46,489 bases of DNA from Candidatus Vogelbacteria bacterium CG10_big_fil_rev_8_21_14_0_10_51_16. Lineage in GTDB: Bacteria > Patescibacteriota > Minisyncoccia > Phycocordibacterales > JACRKE01. Positions 20,801 through 28,682 of the stretch are shown piece after piece. The stretch spans positions 12,116 through 58,604 of the forward strand of contig PCYI01000001.1 of NCBI GenBank assembly GCA_002774795.1. The letters run 5' to 3'. The position numbers and the translations under genes are program-made. The stretch's first letter is position 1, and each line of letters opens with the position of its first letter. Under the pieces are notes generated by a model. It saw nothing but the letters and a program-made list of their open reading frames with translations. It was not told the origin of the DNA and made no database searches.

Positions 20801-21061
20801 CGGCGTTTCGTAGGTGAGTTTTTGCGCTTTCGCGTGAAGCTCATCAAAGCTTGGCGGGTCAAGACGAAAACCGACAAACTTAAGCTCAAATTTCTTGCCT
20901 GAGTAGTCTTTAATATTCGCAAACTCTTCAAATACTTCTGTCACTCCTTTTTCCAAGAGTTGCTTATACGAAGCTAACTGCATCTCGATTGGAGGAGGTG
21001 TCTCTACCAACGGTTCACGATATTCAGCAAACCGTTTCTGTACAAGCTTGGGTGTAGACAT
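17873..21061 (-). CDS. rpoB: DNA-directed RNA polymerase subunit beta
   Basis: 1062 aa. [33 protein letters not shown]. Directly upstream of rpoC. Confidence 0.97.
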   Translation of the reverse strand: [1062 protein letters not shown]

Positions 21062-21121
21062 ATAAATAGGAATTAGGAAAGGAATTAGGCTCTAAAATAA
21101 TTACAAACAATCCTCAGACGC

Positions 21122-21149
21122 AAAAAAACGGAGTCAGCCAATTCTCCGT
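21122..21149 (-). terminator. Intrinsic terminator between the trmD region and rpoB
   Basis: The minus strand reads ACGGAG-aattggctga-CTCCGT followed by TTTTTTT. Confidence 0.65.
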
Positions 21150-21448
21150 CTCACGTTTTTCGTGATGCTGTTTAATAAAAGAAAGAGTGCACGAAATACT
21201 CTTTGGTTTAAGAGGCTCTCCACAAGAAGCTTTTGCTGCTTGAATGAAGACCCCTATAGTGGCCACCTTCAGACCACTACTATTATCAGACCACTACTAT
21301 TAAGTGGAACGATTGCAAAACAGCCAAAACTCAATCGTGCAATGTTGATAACCAGTATAGTAAAATAGAGAAAGCTTGTCAACCACTTTTCCACTTGCAA
21401 TTCTAGAGAGCCAGCCTACTGGCTCCAGTCCCATTTTGGAAAAATGGA

Positions 21449-21610
21449 GTCTGTCGCCGAATAGACTTTCAAGCTAGTTTTCCCAAAGTGAGTGCGAGAC
21501 GAAGGTGAAAAAACGGAATAGTAGCTTAGCTACCATGAGTATTTTTCACCGAGTCGCAGCCGCACTTTGGGGAAAATAGTCGGAATGGATATTTGGTGAC
21601 AGGCCCAAAT
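21449..21610. repeat. Family C 162-bp rod-like structured repeat, copy 1 (just downstream of the trmD stop)
   Basis: Almost identical to 22929-23090. Nested inverted repeats run along the whole length. Confidence 0.85.
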
Positions 21611-21625
21611 GGGTCCGAGGATGAG

Positions 21626-22363
21626 TTATCGTCTCCTGCTTATCTTCCACTCCTCAATCTTTTTGGCATGTCCACTCAAGAGCACTTTTGGGACCTGGTA
21701 TTTCCTGCCTTGTTTACCCTGACCCGATGGTGGCCATTCAAACAGTTCCGGGCGAGTGTACACCTCGCTCGTTGACACTCTTCTCTCCTCCACCGACGCA
21801 TCTTTTCCAAGCACGCCAGAAATCTGTCGGGCAACTGCGTCAAGCATAATCATTGACGGCAACTCTCCCCCGGTGAGCACGTAGGGACCGACAGAGATCT
21901 CCTTTGCCCGCAAAACCTTTTTCACCCGCGCGTCAATCCCCTCGTAACGGCCACATATCAAAATAATGTCGGTCTGTTTTTTGGCCATTTTTCGCGCCAT
22001 TGTGTTTGTAAACTGCTCCCCCGCAGGAGCAAGTATGAAGGTTTGGAGTTTTGTGTTTTTGTGATTTGTGTTTTGTTTGGTTTTTGCCTGCCCGACTCGA
22101 ATGACCGAGTCGTTCGGGCGGGTGTTTTGAGCTTTGTGTTTTGCCACTTCTACGGCTCGCAAAAGTGGCTCTGCCAACATCACCATTCCCGGCCCGCCAC
22201 CGTACGGCCTCCCGTCTGTCTTGTGCCATTTATCCTTGGCAAAGTCGCGCGGATTATAGAACAGCACTGCTATCTTCCTTGCCTTAATGGCCCGCGCCAA
22301 AATCGAGTCGCCCAAATAGGACGTAAACAGCTTCGGAAAGGTGGTGATGATGTGGAAAGTCAT
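21626..22363 (-). CDS. trmD: tRNA (guanine37-N1)-methyltransferase with an in-frame repeat-derived insertion
   Basis: RPYGGGPGMVM, ICGRYEGIDARV, LTGGELPSMIMLDAV. Confidence 0.92.
   Translation of the reverse strand: MTFHIITTFPKLFTSYLGDSILARAIKARKIAVLFYNPRDFAKDKWHKTDGRPYGGGPGMVMLAEPLLRAVEVAKHKAQNTRPNDSVIRVGQAKTKQNTNHKNTKLQTFILAPAGEQFTNTMARKMAKKQTDIILICGRYEGIDARVKKVLRAKEISVGPYVLTGGELPSMIMLDAVARQISGVLGKDASVEERRVSTSEVYTRPELFEWPPSGQGKQGRKYQVPKVLLSGHAKKIEEWKISRRR
22042..22143. mobile_element. Family B element (CACAAA-rich arms plus CCCGAACGACTCGGTC hairpin) inside the trmD ORF, in frame
   Basis: The core cccgaacgactcggtcattcgagtcgggc (minus strand) matches 33932-33960. The ACTCCAAA / CACAAA motifs match intergenic copies. 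Confidence 0.7.
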
Positions 22364-22440
22364 GCGGGTAGGCTTCGGGCGCTAAGCTCTAGACATTAGC
22401 AGATACAGAATATCATAAGATTGAGGAAAAACGAGCCCCA

Positions 22441-22466
22441 AGAAAGCCGCCCGAGGGCGGCTTTCT
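22441..22466. terminator. Hairpin AGAAAGCCGCC-cgag-GGCGGCTTTCT between the KH gene and trmD
   Basis: 11-bp perfect stem with A/T-rich flanks on both strands. Confidence 0.5.
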
Positions 22467-22504
22467 TTCAGTCATTATTACAATTCACAATATGGGCTGT
22501 ATTC

Positions 22505-22542
22505 GTCCGCGAGAGTCCGTTCCCTGTCCGCGTTAGTCGGTG
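22505..22542 (+). repeat. Family D phased array (GTCCGCG-type x4, spacing 10/11/10)
   Basis: Units start at 22505, 22515, 22526 and 22536, preceded by the same AATTCACAAT head as the tgt copy. Confidence 0.75.
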
Positions 22543-22561
22543 GCAGTTGTAGCCTCCCGGG

Positions 22562-22897
22562 CTACAACTGCAAATCCGCCATTGCCTCATCCACCGTCTT
22601 CATGGTAGGCACTGAGGCCCCTCCTTCTGCCGGAGCCAAGCGACCACCATCGGGCTCTTCTATCTTCAAGTTCACTCTCGCGTTGTACTTCATGCCAACG
22701 ACGCGCAAAAGAGTACGGACAGCCTTGGCGGTGTTGCCACTGCGACCGATAACCTTGCCCATGTCCTCTCGATGCACCTTGAGCGTAAGGAGAACGCCCA
22801 TTTCGTCTACCGAGCGATTGACGACCACTTCCTCTGAATGGTCCACGATGGCCTTAATAACATACTCTAAAAACTCCTGGTCCTTTTCTGCTGACAT
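22562..22897 (-). CDS. KH-domain RNA-binding protein (UPF0109/YlqC-like) with a C-terminal extension
   Basis: LEYVIKAIVDH...MGKVIGRSGNTAKAVRTLL. Start at MSAEK (22897). The longer ORF-track version reads through repeat family C. Confidence 0.85.
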   Translation of the reverse strand: MSAEKDQEFLEYVIKAIVDHSEEVVVNRSVDEMGVLLTLKVHREDMGKVIGRSGNTAKAVRTLLRVVGMKYNARVNLKIEEPDGGRLAPAEGGASVPTMKTVDEAMADLQL

Positions 22898-22928
22898 ACG
22901 GATTACTTTCTTATCTGCTACGAATAGG

Positions 22929-23090
22929 GTCTGTCGCCGAATAGACTTTCGAGCTAGTTTCCCCAAAGTGCGAGCGAGACGAAGGTGAAAAAACGGAATA
23001 GTAGCATAGCTACCATGAGTATTTTTCACCGAGTCGCAGTAGCACTTTGGGGAAAATAGTCGGAATGGATATTTGGTGACAGGCCCAAAT
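22929..23090. repeat. Family C 162-bp rod-like structured repeat, copy 2 (rpsP-KH spacer)
   Basis: See 21449-21610. Confidence 0.85.
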
Positions 23091-23137
23091 AGTAATGGCT
23101 TGCAGCCGAGCAGTTATACTGCAAGTTTATTATAACT

Positions 23138-23176
23138 ACAAAAAACACAAAACACAAATATCACAAAACTCCAAAG
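23138..23176. repeat. Family B fragment (CACAAA repeats plus ACTCCAAAG)
   Basis: acaaaaaacacaaaacacaaatatcacaaaactccaaag. Confidence 0.6.
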
Positions 23177-23256
23177 AGCCTAGACATCAGATTCCGGAAC
23201 TTCAGGGAAATTAGGCTGGAGTTTCGCGCTTAAGTCTGACCTCTATCGACCGGCAG

Positions 23257-23682
23257 TTAATCTTTCTTCTCTTCTGGGACCTCTTCTGGCAACACCAACT
23301 CTGTAGGTATTGTTTCCGGCTCTGTCGTTGTCTCTTCCTCTCTTTCCGTCGAAACCTCTTCTGTAGGTTTCTCCTCTTTCTGCTCCACCACCGGAGCAAC
23401 TTCTACAATCTTCTGAGGCTTATTGGCGAAGGTGGTCTTATCCCCCTCCATGAGCTTGTGACTAATTAAAATATTCTTGGCAGTGTCTGATGGCTGAGCA
23501 CCGTGAGTAAGCCAGTGTTTGATGCGTTCGCTCTTAAGCTCGGCTTTGCCAAAACGCGCATTGTAGGAGCCGAGCACCTCCAAGAACTTCCCGCTTTGTG
23601 GGCCGTTTTGTTTATCGGTGACAACAAGACGAAATGAGGGATCGTTCGTCCGGCCGACACGCTGAAGTCTGATCATGAGCAT
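23257..23682 (-). CDS. rpsP: 30S ribosomal protein S16 with an acidic C-terminal extension
   Basis: MLMIRLQRVGRTNDPSFRLVV. Start at 23682. A TATAGT box lies 9 nt upstream of the ATG, suggesting a short or absent leader. Confidence 0.9.
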   Translation of the reverse strand: MLMIRLQRVGRTNDPSFRLVVTDKQNGPQSGKFLEVLGSYNARFGKAELKSERIKHWLTHGAQPSDTAKNILISHKLMEGDKTTFANKPQKIVEVAPVVEQKEEKPTEEVSTEREEETTTEPETIPTELVLPEEVPEEKKD

Positions 23683-23774
23683 AGGTGTATTACTATAGCA
23701 AAGACCCCGCCGGTTGTCTATAAAAGCGAATAGTGGTAGTCTATCACTTGGCTTGGACACTCTAACCTCACCAC

Positions 23775-24125
23775 GTGGAGGTGGTTGTGAAAAAGAATGG
23801 GGAAAATAACCGACGCCACAATCATGGCATCAAAGAGCATGAAGATGGGGCGACCACCGAGACAATTGGTAATCAGATGCTTCTTCGCCTACCTACAAAG
23901 GGGCAACCATCAGAACGAAAGATTGACCTCGGCGCACGGGGGGTTTCGTTGCTGTCAGTTCCTTTCGGGCTGGTATTCCATCTATCCGATGGGACTACCT
24001 GGATACGAAAGAAGGGGGTCAATCTCAACGAGCTGGACAAGAAGCTCTCAGACCTGCGCGACAAGCGGGTGGCTGTCTCCGGTATCTCCCAGACACTAGT
24101 GGTGCGCATGCCCCTCGAGAAGTAG
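23775..24125 (+). CDS. Small hypothetical protein
   Basis: The frame gives a plausible globular sequence (FGLVFHLSDGTTWIRKKGVNLNELDKKL...). GGAGG lies 5 nt before an in-frame GTG at 23787. It is followed by a terminator hairpin. Confidence 0.45.
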   Translation: MEVVVKKNGENNRRHNHGIKEHEDGATTETIGNQMLLRLPTKGQPSERKIDLGARGVSLLSVPFGLVFHLSDGTTWIRKKGVNLNELDKKLSDLRDKRVAVSGISQTLVVRMPLEK

Positions 24126-24149
24126 CGCCACCACTTCTCTTCCCCTTAC

Positions 24150-24180
24150 CGGCCGCTCCCACGAGCGGCCGCTTGCTTTG
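24150..24180 (+). terminator. Intrinsic terminator-like hairpin
   Basis: CGGCCGCTC-ccac-GAGCGGCCG followed by CTTGCTTTG. Confidence 0.5.
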
Positions 24181-24203
24181 AGAAAAAAGAGTTTTCTGCT
24201 TTA

Positions 24204-26159
24204 ATGACTTATCATATGACTACTCACGAAAAAGCACCGCGACCAGAACTTATCGGCACCATTTCCATAAACTCTAAGGGGGTTGGCTACGTGACCATTC
24301 CGGAGCGCCCCGATAATGACATCATCGTCCCGCCCGAGCGACTGGGCAACGCCCTCCACGGCGACACAGTAGCTGTCCGCCTCGGCCCCAAGGACTTCCG
24401 CGACCGTGACCAAGGCCAAGTGGTAAGAGTGGAGACTCGGGCTCGTGAGGAGTTTGTTGGCACCCTACAGGTAGAGGGAGAGATCTGGTACCTCGCCCCC
24501 GATCTACGGCGCATCCACGTTCGTTTTCATGTGCCGACAGATAAACTAGCTGGCGGAAAAGCCCACGACAAAGTACTCGTGCGCCTGCTTCACTGGCTCC
24601 CTTCCGATAACATGCCTGAGGGCGAAGTGATAGAGGTACTCGGTCCTGCCGGCGACAACAACGTCGAGATGAAGGCCATTCTGCGTTCGCAGGGCCTGGC
24701 TGACCACTTCCCACCAGAAGTAGAGGCCGAGGCGGCGGCCCTCCCGGATGAGATAAGTGTGGAGGAAATAGCTCGCCGTCGCGACTTTCGCGAGATTCTC
24801 ACCTTCACCATCGACCCAGACACCGCCCAAGATTTCGATGATGCCCTCTCCTTTATGCGTCTACCGAACGGCAACGTGGAGATTGGCATCCATATCGCCG
24901 ACGTGTCCCACTTTGTGCGCGAAGGCACGGCCCTAGACCGCGAAGCACAGAAACGAGCCACCTCGATTTATCTCGTCGACCGGGTCATTCCCATGCTCCC
25001 CGAACGCCTCTCGAACTCGCTCGCCTCACTCGAGGCAGACAAAGACCGCCTCACCTTCTCATGCGTGGTCACACTCACCCCAGAGGCCGAGACTGTAGAC
25101 TACTGGCTTGGCCGAGGGGTTATCCACTCCAACAAGCGTTTTACCTACGAGGAGGCCCAAGAGGTGCTAGACCGCAAGGAGGGCCTCTACTACGAGGAGC
25201 TCAACTACATGAATGAGCTCGCCAAAAAGCTTTCAGCCAAAAAGTTCGCGGCCGGGGCCATCGCCTTTGAATCCGACGAAATTAAGTTTAAGCTTGACGA
25301 TCAAGGCCGACCACTCTTTGTCTACAAAAAAGAACGTGGCGACACCCACAAAATGATTGAGGACTACATGTTGCTCGCTAACCGCGTTGTGGCCGAGCAC
25401 GTCTTCAATTACAAAGAGAACGGAGAGGATAATGTGTTCGTCTACCGCATCCATGACTATCCAAAGATAGAGAAGATGACGGCTCTCCAAGGCCTAGTGC
25501 GTCAGTTTGGCTACAAGCTAGACCTAAAAGATGGACAGGTGGAGTCCACTCAGCTCTCACGTCTCCTCGAACGCATTGAAAACACTCGGGAAGAACAGCT
25601 TATCGAGACCACCGTCATGCGTTCCATGGCCAAAGCTATTTACTCCACTAAAAACATCGGCCACTACGGCCTCGCTTTTGAATACTACACCCATTTCACC
25701 TCCCCTATCCGCCGCTATCCGGATGTCATGGTGCATCGCCTTTTAAGTACATACCTGGATGGTAAGGTGCCCGTTGGTGACAAGGTGCGCGAACGCTTAG
25801 AGAGCCTATGTACCCACTGCTCAGGCATGGAACGTCGCGCCATGGAGGCCGAATGGGACTCCATAAAACTAAAACAGGTGGAGTACATGACGGAGCGGAT
25901 TGGCAAGGTGTTCTCTGGTAAGATTTCCGGAGTAACCGCCTATGGTCTATATTTGCAAGAAGAGGAGTCGGCCGCTGAAGGCATGTTGCGGGTGCGCGAC
26001 ATGGTAGACGACTACTATGAGTACGATGAAAAAAACCTGCGGTTTGTGGGCAAAAAAGGTAAAGTGTACCAACTCGGCGACAAAGTCCAACTTCGCGTCA
26101 AAACGGCCGACCTAGAAACTCGCACCATCTCCTACGAGATCGTGGACAAAGAAGCGTAA
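24204..26159 (+). CDS. rnr: Ribonuclease R (RNB family 3-prime to 5-prime exoribonuclease)
   Basis: RNB motifs DPDTAQDFDDALS, IHIADVSHFV, YLVDRVIPMLPERLSN, HYGLAFEYYTHFTSPIRRYPD. C-terminal S1 domain. Confidence 0.92.
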   Translation: MTYHMTTHEKAPRPELIGTISINSKGVGYVTIPERPDNDIIVPPERLGNALHGDTVAVRLGPKDFRDRDQGQVVRVETRAREEFVGTLQVEGEIWYLAPDLRRIHVRFHVPTDKLAGGKAHDKVLVRLLHWLPSDNMPEGEVIEVLGPAGDNNVEMKAILRSQGLADHFPPEVEAEAAALPDEISVEEIARRRDFREILTFTIDPDTAQDFDDALSFMRLPNGNVEIGIHIADVSHFVREGTALDREAQKRATSIYLVDRVIPMLPERLSNSLASLEADKDRLTFSCVVTLTPEAETVDYWLGRGVIHSNKRFTYEEAQEVLDRKEGLYYEELNYMNELAKKLSAKKFAAGAIAFESDEIKFKLDDQGRPLFVYKKERGDTHKMIEDYMLLANRVVAEHVFNYKENGEDNVFVYRIHDYPKIEKMTALQGLVRQFGYKLDLKDGQVESTQLSRLLERIENTREEQLIETTVMRSMAKAIYSTKNIGHYGLAFEYYTHFTSPIRRYPDVMVHRLLSTYLDGKVPVGDKVRERLESLCTHCSGMERRAMEAEWDSIKLKQVEYMTERIGKVFSGKISGVTAYGLYLQEEESAAEGMLRVRDMVDDYYEYDEKNLRFVGKKGKVYQLGDKVQLRVKTADLETRTISYEIVDKEA

Positions 26160-26186
26160 TCAGCCTCACTGCCATCTGCGTTGTAT

Positions 26187-26225
26187 CCTCCCTCTCCTGG
26201 CCAGGAGAGGGTAGGGTGAGGTGGG
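26187..26225. repeat. Family A second palindrome module (CCTCTCCTGGCCAGGAGAGGG plus TAGGGTGAGGTGGG)
   Basis: The same module recurs at 29647-29685 and, diverged, inside 43933-44106. Confidence 0.7.
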
Positions 26226-26256
26226 TCGTAAACCTACACCACCATACTTTCATTAG

Positions 26257-26321
26257 CTTTGAGTTACGAAATGCGCGTTTTTCCCTCCCCTGGCCAGGGG
26301 GAGGGGCTTCGTAATTCACAG
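26257..26321. mobile_element. Short (65 bp) family A MITE flanked by a perfect 7-bp target-site duplication TCATTAG
   Basis: TCATTAG at 26250-26256 and at 26322-26328. Terminal inverted repeats are CTTTGAGTTACGAAAT and CTTCGTAATTCACAG. Confidence 0.8.
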
Positions 26322-26365
26322 TCATTAGACCAAGAGGAGGACATCTCGTAACACACAGCCATTAG

Positions 26366-28537
26366 CTACCGGGCCGCTATCGCCTCCGCCTCTTCAAATT
26401 TAATCGAAAGAACACGCGAAGTGGCTTCCTTGCCGAGAGTAATACCATAGAGGACTCCCGCATGCGACATGGTCTCACGATTGTGAGTGATGATGATAAG
26501 CTGGGAGCGTTCGGATAGCTTTTTGAGCATCTCGCCGTACTTCTTTGAATTGGCCTCGTCGAGAGCGGCATCGGTCTCGTCAAGCACCAAGAAGGGCGGT
26601 GGATTGACCTGCGAGACGGCGAAAAGGAGGGCGAGGGAGGCGAGCGTACGCTCGCCTCCCGAGAGCATCTGCAGACCGCGCAACTTCTTGCGTGGTAGGG
26701 CAATGTTTATCTCAATCCCCTCCTCCGTCTTTGCGTCCTCTTCATCTCCACTGTCGGTCTCAACCACGCCTCTTCGGCGCACCGGCGCGCGCACCACTTC
26801 GAGCGAGGCAGTACCGCCACCGAAAAGCAGAGCGAAATATTCGCGGAAATGCCGATTGATGGCTTCCACGCCTTCGTGAAAACGTGTCTTCAGCTGGGCA
26901 CCGAGGTCGTCCATGAGCTTCTCGAGGGAGCGAGCGCTCGCCGTGAGGTCCTCCACTTCTTTGGTGAGAAACTGGTCGCGGGCGGTAAGCTCCTCATACT
27001 CTTTAAGCACATCACTCCCCCCGCCGCCAACCTCTTCGATACGAATCTTTAAACGCTCGATATCACGCCGCGCCTTTTCCTGTGCCGCCCGGTCGGCCTC
27101 TGGCTCGACTTCGGTGCGTCCCTCACGATATCGCAACGCTTCGCGCCCCAAAAGAGCTGCCGCCTCACCACACTCCCGCTTAAAATCCGCCTCTTCGATG
27201 GCCAACTTTTCCTCACGAAGGCGTAGTAGCGAGAGGGCCGACTTCAACTCCTGGATATGACTACCGGCCGCAAAAAGCCGACGGTCGGCTTCGCGTACAG
27301 TCTCTGCGTACGAATCTAGAGAAGTCCGGGCTTCTTCGACACGAGCCACAAGCGCCCGCTCCTGGTCTATCGCTTCATGTAATAGTCTAGAGGCATTACG
27401 CTCTTGTCCCTCAAGCTCATGCAGGCGCCTCTCTTTTTGCGAGCGAATCTCGTCTAGATGCGCGGTCGAGTTCTGTGGTAACACCTCTTGACCGCAGGTC
27501 GGACAACGGTGACCAGCCTGGGGCAGTGTGTCCGTCTGGGCCAGAGCGGCACGGCTGGCCTGCGCCATCCCTTCGAGCCGCCCGAGTGTGCGGGCCACTT
27601 CATCTTTCGTATCGCGCACGTGCGCGAGAGTGCTCTCCGCTTCGGCACGCTGAGCGAGGAGCTGTTTGCGTGAAGCGTTGCCCGGAGCGGCCATTTCGGA
27701 AAGTTCGGACTGTTCCTTTTCCGCGACTTGAAGCTCCTCACCCTTTAATTTTCTCTCATGTTCATGCTCACCGCGAGCCCTCGCTAAATATCGTTCTTCA
27801 CTGAAGAAGTATTGCCGATACTGCTCGCAGAGGTCGGCCCTCATCGCCTCCGCTCGCTCTAGCTCACTCACCTGCTTTTTAAGGTACTTGAGGTGCGGAG
27901 CAATCTCGCGACGAAGAGAGTCCACCTGTCTCAGGGTCTCCTCCGTCTTCTCGAGCTTCTTCCTTGCCTCCTTGCGCTTGTATTCAAAAACAGCAAGGCC
28001 GAGCGCGTCCTCCACTAGCTTAAGTCGCTCGTTTGCATTTACCGCGAGCATGCGGTCGGCCTCACCTTGAGAGATTATAAAGTGGCTCGACACCCCCAAC
28101 CCCACTGAACTCATCAGCTCCAGCACATCCTTAAGGCGTACTTTGCTTTGATTTAAATAGTAGTCGTTAGTGCCATCGCGATAAACGTGACGAGCAAGCA
28201 CCACCTCATCGAAAGTAAACGGAAAAGGCCGCCCATCCTCACTGGTGGCCTCGGTTCCCACACTAAGTGTCCCCGGACGGTTATCGAAAGTGATGACTAC
28301 CGATGCTCGGTTGAGGCGGGCCGATTCGTGTGAACCGTTAAAGATGAAATCCTCACCGCGCTTCCCGCGCAAGGTCGAGAGCGCCTGCTCGCCCAACACC
28401 CAGCGAAAGGCCTCGGCCACATTGCTTTTACCAGAGCCATTCGGCCCCACAATTGCGGTAATGGGTGCCGTAAAAGGCAATGCCGTCTTGTGGGCAAAAG
28501 ACTTAAAGCCGGTAAGCTCTATGCGTTTTAGGTACAT
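26366..28537 (-). CDS. smc: SMC-like ATPase, short (723 aa), no recognisable hinge, central CxxC motif
   Basis: SMC-type head: FKSFAHKT, GPNGSGKSNVAEAFRWVLGEQ. C-terminal LSGGERTLASLALLFA, FLVLDETDAALD, IIITHN. CPTC is encoded at 27494-27505. Confidence 0.8.
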   Translation of the reverse strand: MYLKRIELTGFKSFAHKTALPFTAPITAIVGPNGSGKSNVAEAFRWVLGEQALSTLRGKRGEDFIFNGSHESARLNRASVVITFDNRPGTLSVGTEATSEDGRPFPFTFDEVVLARHVYRDGTNDYYLNQSKVRLKDVLELMSSVGLGVSSHFIISQGEADRMLAVNANERLKLVEDALGLAVFEYKRKEARKKLEKTEETLRQVDSLRREIAPHLKYLKKQVSELERAEAMRADLCEQYRQYFFSEERYLARARGEHEHERKLKGEELQVAEKEQSELSEMAAPGNASRKQLLAQRAEAESTLAHVRDTKDEVARTLGRLEGMAQASRAALAQTDTLPQAGHRCPTCGQEVLPQNSTAHLDEIRSQKERRLHELEGQERNASRLLHEAIDQERALVARVEEARTSLDSYAETVREADRRLFAAGSHIQELKSALSLLRLREEKLAIEEADFKRECGEAAALLGREALRYREGRTEVEPEADRAAQEKARRDIERLKIRIEEVGGGGSDVLKEYEELTARDQFLTKEVEDLTASARSLEKLMDDLGAQLKTRFHEGVEAINRHFREYFALLFGGGTASLEVVRAPVRRRGVVETDSGDEEDAKTEEGIEINIALPRKKLRGLQMLSGGERTLASLALLFAVSQVNPPPFLVLDETDAALDEANSKKYGEMLKKLSERSQLIIITHNRETMSHAGVLYGITLGKEATSRVLSIKFEEAEAIAAR

Positions 28538-28542
28538 GGAAA

Positions 28543-28561
28543 GGCAGTAGGCAGTAGGCAG
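28543..28561. repeat. Heptamer array (GGCAGTA x2.5) ending 5 nt from the smc start codon
   Basis: In the gene orientation it reads TGCCTACTGCCTACTGCC-tttcc-ATG. Confidence 0.75.
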
Positions 28562-28646
28562 CCCAGACGCTTTGGTTGGGGTAAGCGGTAGAGAAGCCAG
28601 CCATTACATACAAGTATATCATTTAGAACGGGGAAAGATTTGTGTA

Positions 28647-28676
28647 TAAAAAAATGCGGCATTTGTATTCCGCATT
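28647..28676 (-). terminator. Intrinsic terminator downstream of rnc and of the MITE
   Basis: The minus strand reads AATGCGG-aatacaaatg-CCGCATT followed by TTTTTT. Confidence 0.6.
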
Positions 28677-28682
28677 CTCCTA

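Noticed and set aside
20363-20902. 179-aa plus-strand ORF and other antisense ORFs inside rpoB, rpoC, dnaG, smc, dnaE and rnr
   Set aside because: They are fully embedded antisense or out-of-frame within strongly supported conserved genes. There are no independent signals.
21162-21448. Possible RNA gene (tRNA, SRP RNA, RNase P, tmRNA) in the long trmD-rpoB spacer and other spacers (8900-9127, 32570-32950)
   Set aside because: I could not find a tRNA cloverleaf, T-loop GGTTCGA, RNase P GAGGAAAGTCC or the SRP domain IV motif. Only small hairpins and a 17-bp direct repeat (cagaccactactatta x2) are visible.
22898-23029. N-terminal extension of the KH-protein ORF (ORF-track start 23029)
   Set aside because: The extension is a read-through of repeat family C. 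The conserved KH protein begins at MSAEK (22897).
23797-24099. 100-aa ORF in the alternative frame to 23775-24125
   Set aside because: The translation is Trp/Cys/Arg-rich with poor protein-like character. The overlapping frame has an SD plus GTG and ends at the terminator.
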